Shown: positions 12,301 through 22,978 of the stretch, piece by piece | How positions within the stretch are numbered: the stretch's first letter is position 1 | Layout: each line of letters begins with the position of its first letter | Source of the DNA: Trypanosoma brucei | Lineage: Eukaryota | Assembly (NCBI GenBank): GCA_000002445.1 | Contig: CP000069.1 | Coordinates: forward strand, 128,001-192,000 | DNA: 64,000 nt | Direction: 5' to 3' | The notes under the pieces: model-generated | Databases searched by the model: none | Told to the model about the DNA's origin: nothing | The model's input: only the letters and a program-made list of their open reading frames with translations | Program-made: the position numbers and the translations under genes

Positions 12301-13206
12301 TAGTGAAGTAGAAAGAAGATACGCATTGGCAGTGCGGTTGTCCTGTGCTACCTTCTTGATGAACCACGTGATGCTGCCATCCACCAGGGATGAAAACAGC
12401 AATATAGCCTGTGGGCGCGTAGCAACAAATTGTCTCCACCTGGTGTTCAAATCATCCTCAGAGATATTTTGATTCTCACTATCCTTCACAACGAACATTC
12501 CACACAACTCGCGACCCATCATTTCCAATATCTGCAGAGTAAACTCATACGGTCCCATACTGGCGGTGCTGCTCTTCACGTGCATCATACCTATTCGTGG
12601 GACACGGAGGTAAACAACAGCATAACGAATGAGGGCGAGGAGTTCAGCATTGGGTTCGACACTTATGAAATAAAGGTGAGGGTTCCAACCACGGACCTCA
12701 CTGGAGTGCGCAACGGGAGCGAGGGCAACAAGATCATTTTCCCTTAGTTTATTTCGGACATTTGCGACACGGTCACTACCCAGGGGCCCGAACACAACTA
12801 ATAACTTGTCTTTGCTTTGATCCATTCCCTCCTGAATCATGCCATCAACTGTCGCATTGGGTGATGAGGGACGGATGACAGATATTGTCGCATTAGAGCC
12901 CGTCTTCCAGCTGTGGGCACTCAGTGATGCGTCAAAGCCGGCATTCAGGGCGTTAATTTCACCTTCGGTATAAGCTGGATTATGCATCATGGATAGCACT
13001 TTTACCGTCACATTACCGTTTTCTGCGCACACAGGTGGCATCCACATGAGTAGCAAAGGCAACAAGTGTAGCAGTGATACAGCAGTAATGACAGGTGAGT
13101 GCTTGTACTTGCTGTAACGCCTTGCAGGGCTCCTTGCGGTAAGGTTCCGCCTGCAGTTTCCATGAGGGTACACACATCCTCTTCCACCACCTTCCTGCCA
13201 GCACAT
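9385..13206 (-). CDS. GRESAG4: receptor-type adenylate cyclase GRESAG4-like, full length (F1)
   Basis: 1273-aa frame from ATG (revcomp cat 13204-13206). The ORF-track start at 13227 is a GTG. It has a hydrophobic signal core (VITAVSLLHLLPLLLMWMPPVCA), a long extracellular region, one TM (IAGIGIGCIAGLIPFIALGVLL), then a class III cyclase domain with FTDIESSTALW / KTVGDSFMIASKSPF / RVGIHTG / DYYGRTPNMAARTES. Confidence 0.9.
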   Translation of the reverse strand: MCWQEGGGRGCVYPHGNCRRNLTARSPARRYSKYKHSPVITAVSLLHLLPLLLMWMPPVCAENGNVTVKVLSMMHNPAYTEGEINALNAGFDASLSAHSWKTGSNATISVIRPSSPNATVDGMIQEGMDQSKDKLLVVFGPLGSDRVANVRNKLRENDLVALAPVAHSSEVRGWNPHLYFISVEPNAELLALIRYAVVYLRVPRIGMMHVKSSTASMGPYEFTLQILEMMGRELCGMFVVKDSENQNISEDDLNTRWRQFVATRPQAILLFSSLVDGSITWFIKKVAQDNRTANAYLLSTSLQQGPLINMWREALALANRTFTPGQLITTGTVPLASDIRFSLIQHFQHDMDNYLDTKSDWKGFAKPDHYLEDDNAGEMMVYGWLAGEVLFQALNNAPQLTNRTSFMESLYEQRRYVIDDLVVGDFGGECNEAVALQGAMCNCNQGGSMVYMKSIMDGFRPAPLWEGHLTWGVSECSSANVHVGAPLSGLFLLLADNKIALRASRKWFLGAEVHGKEAENIDNRIFFHPLTVSSENVTQSLEQVQDNRDVSAVFGIMPGGLLDRKDLVFISPMTLRPRMKLFRRNVIHLLPVLAQQLYVLAVYLSNTSSRGVNALIRSEQAGEISSLLHKSLDTFGVPLDSSKTLGDGDPIASYLSGDGDVFTIGLTLTDVAAVARHLQAHRRARVFIPFNDLAMYYDEFVAAFNASKESIASSERLLFATSFPHWAEKDTKSDVVASFHRIVNESHWDPLTFLGFVTTRLLQVILPNMKKVNAELLADRIYTESNIKVDDMRFGPFNDVECVSGTSVSANECASNFGATNISVWSMARVLNSSVPILQRGMTPSMGYIISGGSRLTGSQIAGIGIGCIAGLIPFIALGVLLRITLRNARDNNLAPKEPTDPVTLIFTDIESSTALWAAHPELMPDAVATHHYLIRSLIGRYKCYEVKTVGDSFMIASKSPFAAVQLAQELQLCFLQHDWGTNAVDDSYQQFEQQRAEEDEKYTPPTARLDLKVYSRLWNGLRVRVGIHTGLCDIRHDEVTKGYDYYGRTPNMAARTESVANGGQVLMTGSTYLSLSAEEREQIDVTALGDVPLRGVPDPVEMYQLNAVPGRNFAALRLEREIEDEEDVGTGSSASESSFNECGLTATAQQVAGCIDALIGAFPVIQRQKMLATFCERWHVKKPPGVDAWNEASCRCVTRRIAAKVGCVMDFGTRNTSSSVTSLERGGSLFSPGGATVATVASSSNFSYVEGRRCTLHLIDLESVESASQYPS

Positions 13207-13553
13207 ATTTTCGGGAATGTGTGACACTTTTCGTGTGTGAAATCTTATGTCCTAAGGAAGAATATCAAAAGAGGGAAAATAGAAATCAGTAAGATTACAC
13301 TTCCAGACAGTTGGATACTATAACAAGTTCCCGACAAAACCAAAACAATGCTTAAAAAGCAATGAAGGCACGTCAAGGTAGCGAGAGGCGACTCGTTTAT
13401 GATGTCACTGTAAATTGCGAGCAAATGATAGAAAGGGACAACCGACACGCTGGTAGCTAATGGTGTCACACAAACAAACACGTATACGTATTTCATGTGT
13501 GTCGTTGTTTTCCTTGCTACTGACATTTCATTACGAAATATGGATCTGTCTTC
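13207..13553 (-). repeat. U5 5' flank of F1 (inner end of left inverted arm)
   Basis: Homology to 22634-22978 in inverted orientation ends at about 13553. Confidence 0.7.
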
Positions 13554-16500
13554 GATGTGGCTTTCGTTTGAGTTGAGGGCAGAACGATAGTCGTAAGTGC
13601 CCTGGTGGTGTATTCACTACATTCATGCATTCAGATACCTATTATCCCCTTTGTACCTACCATGGTGATGGGGTTTGAGACTCTCCGTTGCAAGCACATA
13701 TTTCATGGGAGTAAAGAATTTCTTGCTTACCTAATGGACATCTCTGTCACATTGCTAAAAACATAAGGCGCAACTCGTCATATCGTGGCGGCAGAGCCAT
13801 GGAATGATCAGGCGTTTGCAGGGTAGATGAGTCATAACTGTCTGTGGCGGAGGCATCCTACAGCGATCTGCAGGTACGAAATGTGTTGGATCGTACCCGA
13901 TTCCGTGGGTCTAACAGTGCCGCAGCTGTTTGTGTGAGATGGAGCCTGGTTCCATTCTTTGGGTGCCATTTTACGTTAGCAGTGTAAAGCAGCAGAATAT
14001 CTGTACTGGCATACGGCATCCCCACAACTCATACGTCGGTCAACTAACTTCACGAAACATCCTGACCAATGCGGCAAAACCGTATAAGTAACCGTCGCCG
14101 TCTCCCAAACCCACTTCTGCAGAGCAGGCTAACTTACAGTCTGAGACGACGGGATCCGTCCATTATATCCTCGCTGACTACCACGGTGTTGGCACCCAGA
14201 GAGCGCAACCGTAACACTTATTTTCGCTACACGCAATCTCCTTACGTCTCTCTTCACCTGCAACAACTGATCCATCGTTGCGAAAGCGCAGCAGAACGAG
14301 GCGCATGCGGTGGTCGCAGCGTATGTTCATCGGTGCAGATTACCGGAAAAGGGAAAGCGCTGCCTTCACATGCATAACGTACCTCACTGGATGCTGATCA
14401 GCTGTGTCGTCTGTTCGCACATGCCTGTGACACACAAGCAAAAAAAAAAAAAAAACACAGCAACAACGCACATACGCATAGGTTGTGGTTCTCTGCATGT
14501 TTCGCATATAATTCTCAACAGCAGATGAATACAACGTTGTCACCAAGAACCGTCTTTTTTTCGTTTTTTCTGTCGCGAGAAGGGAAGCTCATCATCACGT
14601 GTCCGCTATCCATTACACATAGCATGGTTTAAATCGCCACTGGAGTGCTGTGACGAGTCCCGTTCTTGTGCGGCAAAAGTGTGATAACAATGCTGTACAC
14701 TGTGACTCTTGGCATGGCTAGTGAATTGGCCAATATCGTATCCCTAGTGCAACATCAACCCTCCCACATCGCCAAATATAAAATCGGTCGTCGTGTGCAG
14801 CGACATACACGCTGTTGAATTCGTAAACATGTGTCAGACTACCAAGGCTGACACAAAACATTTTACAGGAAACCTGTGGGAAGCAAAGTCTCCAACCTAG
14901 AAGCATCCCGCAGAGTATATGAGCCTTGCTGTGGCTTCAAACAGAAGAAACCCAACAATTGTGAAGGAGCTGCAACGCTACACTCGCGAGGTATCACTCA
15001 ATATGGCAACTCCGTCACATCACTCATCTCATTCTTTTTCAGCTCATTTCTTTGCTGCTGTCACTCTCAGCGCTTTGGAATATCAGCAGTAGATCTCTGA
15101 AACCCCTAAGGCGCTTGTGGCGAAACACTAACCTCGCTATCCAGTAATGGTTAAAAGGGGGGTTTGTAAGCAAGATCACAAGTCCATATAACCCCAGAAA
15201 GAAAAAAAATGATACCATAAAGATATTTCCACGAAAAAAAAAATTTGGTAATATTGGTAGCGTTGAATGGCATGAAGAACACTGGAAGTAGAAACGTGTC
15301 ATTCCCTCCTGGGGTAAATACAAAACCGGTAAGTCTCTTCCTTTCATCAGTAAGGAATAAGGAGCACTGTTCTAGCTGTGGCAACGGGAAGAAACAAAAA
15401 TGTCAGGTAAATAGACTCATGTATCGATGCAGCATGGGCTATCAAAAATCGAAGCGTGGAACTGCTCTATCCGAGAAAACATAGTGATACAAATCATCAG
15501 ATACAACACCAGAAAATAGAGAGGACAAAAAACGGTATGATGTAAGACTCAACATTAGCGTGTACAATGCGGTGACGGTGTACAAGCAACAACCATTAAT
15601 CTGAGACTAACCCGGGCTTCCCTCCGAAAAGGAAAAAGAACCGAAACCTAAAGTAACGAAAAATGCTCTATTTGACAGTTAAAAGCAGTATCCACGCAGT
15701 GTATGGCATCAAAAAAAAAACAATAAAACTTTAGAACAATCCAAATGAAATATCAGGGGGGGAAACGGGAACACCATCATATCGACCAAGCACATATCCT
15801 ACTGTGGTTCAGTATCAAAAGGAGGTTAATTTCCCAACCGGATATAAGAGTAAACGGAAACAATATGAGGGGCAAGAAAGTGCCTTCAGACCTGTCAGCC
15901 CAATACCACAGTTCAATCGATAGGCGACCGCAAATATCACAAAATTCAAAGCGCACCACGACACACAGGCACCTTAAACAATTATAACTAAGAAGTGATA
16001 CCTGATACCCCCTTTATTTCCATCGTCAGAGAGAGTGAATGAGCATAGGAAGGTCGTGTGATGTAAACGTATGCATGATGTAACGCCATGTTTGAAATAC
16101 TATCAATACTCCAGAGGGATCATTACGGAATGGAGTTACGGGACAAGCAGCCAAACGATGGTACTGCACGCAAGAGCAGTTATCACACACACGGAGAGAG
16201 ATGTAGGCGCTCATGCATAAGCACACTATACAGAAGCCAAAGGCCGAAACACACACAAATCCTATTTGACCATTGTGTTTTACTGTACCTTTTAAAAAGT
16301 TTATCGACCTTGTGGTGGTGAGCTGAGGGTATCGGAATAAGGTGCTCCTTTACCTTTTAGTGGAAAAACAAATTTCGTATCAATAGTGGCCGCATACACG
16401 TTTGGGGACAATATCTCTTTACAGTAACTGCTTCCACAATGTTAGCCTTTATTGTCGGCAACAAAACATTCAATGTATAAGCGCAACAACAAAATAATGT

Positions 16501-19500
16501 GTCCCTATGACACTATTAGTTCCTTCTTAAGATATCCCTTGTTCGGTATAAGTCATTTAAAATAGTGCCTACACATTGAGACAAACTGCAGCTACGGTCA
16601 CCAGCCCCCGAGTCACATCTGAAACCATCGGTTGCAAATATTTGTGCTCAGCGAGGAAAGGCCAGTGCCACAGAACCTACAGCACAGTCGTACCTTGTCT
16701 CAAACGCACACACTCAGCATATTCACTTTTCAATTGGTTTCTTCTCTTTATCCTCATATTTTAAGAGCAACAATAACAACAAAGAAGCACACTTGCGTTA
16801 AAACCATAGAGGAATTTGGCAGTGCAGAAAGCATTGTTTCACTAAGTGTAGAAACCACAGGAACTCGAAGTATCGGAATTAAACATTACCACACAGTCCT
16901 GTTAACCACATAGCATCTCCAACAATAGTCCTCTCACTGTTAGTTAGCCGGCATGTCCTGCATTAGTTCCTATCCGCTTTTTCCTTTCTTTTTCCATTTT
17001 TGGTCTCTCTCCCAGTGGTGCATCATACATTAAAATTATGTGCGCTGTTGAGTGTATGGTACTTACCTTCAGTCAAAGAAAAAAAAAAAGCGATATGACT
17101 TCCTAAGTCAGTAAGTGAGATGCGTATCTGTTTTGTGCTTCTTCCTTTCTTCACTTTTATACATGCCGGTAGCTGCTTGTCGCGAAGAAAAAGAGAGGCA
17201 GTAATTTATTGGGATGTCTCTCGGAGTAAAAAAATAATTATAGGCATATGAAGGAGGTAATTAAATTGGGAATATTGCCAACGAGGTAGCAAAGAAAAAC
17301 GAGCCTCCAACAACAAAACGGCAGGTGCCATCGAGCGACACAAATGGCATCTCAGTAACATCCCGTGAGTGACATTGGGTATTGCCCATCTGTTACCTAT
17401 CCAATCCACGAAAGGTGATTACTCACTAACTCTCCGTAACTTGTACTCAATTCCCTTACGAGGAGAGAGCAGTGGAGTATCACCTCATGTTACAGGTAGT
17501 GTCACGGGAAATTTTTTATGGGCATCGCAAGGCATCGCAATTCGTAGCCTCACCAACATTCTGGTACGGATACCTATATTTGATGAGATTATCTTGAGTA
17601 GTTACTTTCCTCAAAATGGGTGTACAACACGCTGCCTCCATGAGTAACACAATTACTAGCGCTAGATCTGCCGCCAGTAAATCACTGCCAAGTTCTAAAT
17701 TAATATCATTCTTGCTTCATTCACAATCATGGCAGGGACTGGATGTAAATTTTACCATGATGTTTTGTAGCGCTTAGTGCCTCGTAGCGAAAATATGGCT
17801 CCAATTGCACACACAGACAGTACCTTTATACCAGCACTAAACGTCTTTACGTACATCGTCCGTCCCTAACCAAATGCTCAAAAAATAATTTGAACCAAGG
17901 CTGGCCGATCAGAAGTTTTTAGACAAACTGGGTCATTCACTTTCTAATCATTATTTACAACCTTATTACATTGTCCGTTGGTTTTTGCACCCTTCGGCAG
18001 CACCCCCAAAGTGAGTTAGAGCGTATCGATGGCGCAAGCAGATAGTTGTTACCGTCATTGTCATATTTTCTCTCTTTTGTCTTGATCGAGACAAACGAGT
18101 ATTGTTTACGTTCCGCAAATACCCTGCAGCACACGACACGAATAGCCGATCCGCTACCGCACCAAAGGTGATGAGCAATGTTTTATAGTTACGATGGGAA
18201 GCCATCTTTTTGACATACTGGGAAAATAATAGACTGGCATCTTATGAGCCGGATAAAAATGGCTCGCTAGCTAAGACAGCACTCCACGTTGAACGCATAC
18301 ATCCCTCACGCGGGTGTGTGTGCCGATGGCGAGCTCCACATTGCTACGAAAATAACGGTATGGTCACGAATATTCCTTTATCATGTCCAGAGCAGAGGAA
18401 AGTTGACACTCAGAGCTATTCGAGGCGGGCACCAAACAAAATCCAGCGTCCATGCCTAACCTCCCCTAAAACAGCGCAAATCAACCACAGTAACCGCACA
18501 CAGTACCACCGGTACATTCAATGGAAGGAGCGCTCTTTGATATTACCTCCGCGCACTCGCCCCAGCCGACGCTGCCAGTGAGCGGCCGTACCATCGATGC
18601 CGTGGCGTTCCGCCTTCACATGGACACTCAACGAAGGGGAAATTTTGCACACTCTTCGGTGCTCACACCCGCACGCCGGAGGCGGACAAGCCGGAAAGAA
18701 AAACACTTGAGAAAGCCGAGGCCGACGGAACATTCCAGTTGGTAAGGCCGATTCTGAGGGGGCACCAACTCGCGCGCCTCCCGACAAAATGCATGGAGCG
18801 ACCTTCCCTTACCAAACAGAAGCAGCGCGATCACGAAGACAAAATGAAAAAGCAATTCCGCAACCCAGGCATAAGGTCCAAAGAAACTTCCCCGCATTTA
18901 CTACAATGACAGACCCAAAAGGCACTACGCAAAGAATGTGGGGCGGAAAATACCGTGAGGGGCAGATCATCGCTTCACGGGCTGTGGGCGCATTTTTCAC
19001 GTAGGTTCTTGAAACTGGAAGACTTAGATCTGATCGCGGAACTGTGAAACCTTTTCCCGACCGAACGGACGACTCCAAACAGAGAGAGAGAGAGCAAAGG
19101 ACAACTTTTAACTGAAGCTGCAATGTCTAAAGTTGCAATCGGACTAAGTCGAGGCACCGGAGATAGAGCTGAGAGAGGTTCGAATAATTGTGGCAGGATG
19201 GTGACCGTGGCGCCGAGGCACAAGAGCCAAATGCTGGTAAAAGGGTGTTAAGCGAGGGAAACTTTGGTGAGGCTGTGCTACACGTGCCGCAGGGTCGCAT
19301 CGCCGTTCATACGAGATGGTGTCACTTAACTCTGTGGCTGCGTGAATTGTGAAACAGCAATGTTACATGCACATGCGCCTATCAAGAATACGCAGCAGTG
19401 GTTTACATGTGGTGGGTCGATGCGTTAAACTCCCTGAGTATTCTCCTCATTTTATACAAGCGAAACTGAATGAACCCGCGTAGGGGATACCATGCCGACC

Positions 19501-22389
19501 TCTGATGAAGGGGCGCCTGAGTTTGATGGTAAATCGTCTGATCGGGGCCACGCTACGGGGAAACGAACTGAGCGCACTTGTTACAACCCCAAAGGTTGAA
19601 TATAAATCCTGATATTGAGTATAGATGACCCTTTCTTTAAACGGTCGTAACATCCAATGAAAGGATTACCCACGCTCGTAGTCGATTTTGTCTTTCAAAA
19701 AATGAAATGTAAACTTCAAAGGGAAGTTCGCCCTCATTGTCAGGCTCTGCCAGGGATCAGCCTGTGGTTCAAAACATTTGACCATGACCTTCTGGTGTGT
19801 GACAATTCGTGCTCCGTCTACTGAAACTTTGTGAACTGAGGGGGTGGAATTTTTTCTTGGTGCGTTTCAGGAACAATATGTATTGCATTGACTTTGGTTA
19901 GTGCATGCTTATTCTTCGGAACATGAATTAGTATTATTGTTATGTTTTGTTGAAAGATGACAAATGGATGAAGATATTCTAGTGCCGTAATTGCTTGTTA
20001 AATTTCAGTGTGAGTATGATGTAAATGAAATATGGGCACAATTTCCCCTCTGAGACATTGTAGAATACCACAGGGATGGTAGTCACATCGAAGTCATTGC
20101 TGTTCGCCTTAAGTGCATGTACAGCATTAGGTACCGCCAGCTTACTAGTCTGTGTAACAGGGGGCTCTCATTGTCGTCCTTGAACTTATGCATGCTAGTG
20201 TTGAAGGAACTTTGTGACATAACGTCTTTGTATGTGTGCGATAACATTAATTGAAGATAGCACGGATACCCGAGATGTCAATGTCGATACGAAACAAGAA
20301 ATGCGAGATCAACTTTCTTTACTGTGAATGACAGGTTGCCACTATGGGGAACACAGCGCAAGTGGTAAGCGAACCATTGAGTCTGTGTATGTGAAATGAT
20401 AGACACTTTAACAGCAGTCGCAGTTTTCTTATATTGGAGTGAGTGAACGACATAGTGTGATAAGGAAGTAATCGACATGAAAAATATAAGAAGGAAACAG
20501 TCCTGACCTGTTTGCAGCAGTACTTGCTTCTGTTAACGCAGCTGTAGGTTTTTGATGGGAATGGTTTGTGTAAAAAACCTTTCTGTTTCTATGTTCATTG
20601 TCTATCCTCTACAATGTTGAATATTGCTATCTTCTTTTAGTTATTAGGTTCTAAGGTGGTAGTGAGTGGTAATATATGGATACACTGAATTGCTGGTACC
20701 TACTGGTTCGGTGCAGTATATACAGTCATACGTTTGTCACTAGTCCACCATCACGGTTGATACATTTTGCACAATAAAACAAAGAAACACATTGGCGTTG
20801 ATATGTTTGCTTGTTTATTCAAACTTTGCGAATATATTTAAGGCTTTGTATGTGCTTATCCCTTCCATATTTATCAGCTGCTATTGTTTTCCCCATCTGA
20901 CCATGAGTCCGTCGGATATATCACTAATTACTGTGAGTTGGCGCAATCAGTATTTCTCAGGGTTAGTTCCCTCACATCTGGCACCGTCTGTATGACACAT
21001 ATTTGTTTATCCGTGCGTTCACCCTCTTGACCATAATTTACACATGAAAAGAGTCCATTGAAGTACTCTTCGTGAGCCCTGTATTGATTTCTGTGCTGTC
21101 AGTGTATTTATGAAGTGTGATGACTTCATTGACAGTTCATTTTCTCTGCACTGTAATGAATGTGTGAGTCTTCTCTGATGTAACTCCGTTATAAGAAGCA
21201 ATTGCTCTCAAGAACATTACCTGACAATCTCACTCCATGCAGTGACTATTGTGTATCATTGCTGAATTTGGTTTAATTTCGTTCTCTCGTTAGAAATAAA
21301 CTCACAGGGAGGGAGAAGATAAATTAAAAGGTAAATTACACAGCTAAAATGGCGTTTCACTGGAACGATATGATTCACTAGCATTGAATATTATGTTTGG
21401 AAATAGGAAGGCAATCCATACGATAAGGGAGTATCCCTACACAAACACATTTCGCTGCAGCACACGGGGCTTCAAGCTATATCTTTTTCTTCTTGTGGTC
21501 AATCCACGCAATTGTGTGCAGCAGATGTGATCTTTCACCTCCAACACCGGAAGCGAATGCACATGATCTGTATGATTATGCGGTATCTAACTCATTTAAG
21601 GTTGGAGAAAATGGGAGACACTGCTACCTGTGTCGAACAGAATAGCAGGTGCCAGCACTATGGACAGCTCATGAAACTTTAAAGATAAAGAGACTTCAAT
21701 AGCCTACAATATATTGTGGTATACAAGATGCCAACGCTAATGCTTCACATTGTGTGCATGCCTGTACTCCACTGCAAGTGTGCGATGTGTCCAAGTGTTC
21801 TTGTCCCTCTGCTCAAGGGAACTGACGTTAAACATGTGAATAACCACTGATTATGTTTATTTCTTAGCGGTCATTGAGCCGATATTGTTATCTGTAGTTG
21901 TGTTCCATCCCTTCTTTGCCATTGTTGTTACCTTCTAAACAATAGCGCTATTTGTGTCACGGTAATGATAACAGCAATTTCGTAATTGCTGATTTAGTTT
22001 GTTTCTACTCATATACTATTCGATGTTAAGATAACATTGCGAGTAATGTGTTAGTGTCAAACACAGAAGCTACCAACCTATTCAAATATTCAAACGCAGA
22101 TACGTGTGTCCATCTGAAATAGTGTTTGTTCGTCATCTAAATGGAGCGCACACTCATTTGTTTTCGTTTATTTTTATTATTTCTTCGTTCATATCGTGTA
22201 CTATAGCGTAAGAGTGTGCACAAATGTGTCACCATTAGTTTGCTGACATTTCGCCCGTAATCCCTTCTTATGGCATAGGTGTCACATGTTTTATTCGCGT
22301 CTTTCACATTGTGAGCCCTTTTTAATTCACAAACGATGAATTGCACATCGGTGGAAAAGGCTGGTAAAGCGTGGTATATGTACAAATAT
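13554..22389. other. 8.8-kb unique, ORF-poor central spacer between the two oppositely oriented cyclase arrays (divergent strand-switch-like region)
   Basis: No ORF above 140 aa on either strand, and none with recognisable protein features. It is flanked by F1 (minus) and F2 (plus) pointing away from it. It contains simple repeats (AG)7 at 19081-19094 and A16 at 14442-14457. Confidence 0.5.
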
Positions 22390-22618
22390 TGTCCCATATT
22401 ACACGTAATAACAAATGATAAGTGAGCGCATGTCTTGTGACAATCATGTGGTGGCTGCTGCAGATGGGGAGCCAACAGCAGAGAATCAAATGAAAGCAAG
22501 TGTCCTCTACAAAATGGAGGACAGATGAAAAGGGTTATGTGGTTAAGGGGATTCAACAAAATAAACTAAAAGGGTCAACTATACATGAGCAAATGCAGCC
22601 ACACAAACACACATGGAG
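22390..22618 (+). repeat. B boundary repeat (second copy 45420-45658, direct orientation) flanking the plus-strand array
   Basis: About 230 bp near-identical at both ends of the plus-strand array, including the MLNPLNHITLFICPPFCRG-encoding stretch. Confidence 0.7.
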
Positions 22619-22978
22619 CAAGCGATAACTACATCAATGCCGGATCCATATTTCGTAATGAAATGTCAGTAGCAAAGAAAACAACGACACACATGAAATA
22701 CATATACGTGTTTGTGTGACACCATTACCTACCAGCGTGTCGGTTGTCCCTTTCTATCATTTGCTCGCAATTTACAGTGACATCATAAACGAGTCGCCTC
22801 TTGCTACCTTGACGTGCCTTCATTGCTTTTTAAGCATTGTTTTGGTTTTGTCGGGAACTTGTTATAGTATCCAACTGTCTGGAAGTGTAATCTTACTGAT
22901 TTCTATTTTACCTCTTTTGATATTCTTCCTTAGGACATAAGATTTCACACACGAAAAGTGTCACACATTACCGAAAAT
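22619..22978 (+). repeat. U5 5' flank of F2
   Basis: Matches 13207-13553 in reverse complement and 34046-34347 directly. Confidence 0.75.

Noticed and set aside
9543-12747. Many 60-132-aa ORFs on the strand opposite the full-length cyclase genes (e.g. 10466-10864, 11706-11990, 12430-12747; also in F0, F2 and F3)
   Set aside because: They are antisense to a long, motif-rich, clearly genuine ORF and recur only because the gene is duplicated. They show no protein features of their own.
13013-13204. Alternative-frame ORFs MLAGRWWKRMCVPSWKLQ... and MVEEDVCTLMETAGG... overlapping the 5' ends of every cyclase copy
   Set aside because: They start at non-ATG codons or in the wrong frame relative to the long cyclase ORF, and simply recur with the duplicated gene start.
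19150-19230. ggttcgaat motif at 19190-19198 resembling a tRNA T-arm
   Set aside because: No acceptor stem, D-arm or anticodon arm can be folded around it, and it lacks the GGTTCGAATCC consensus. Judged a chance match.
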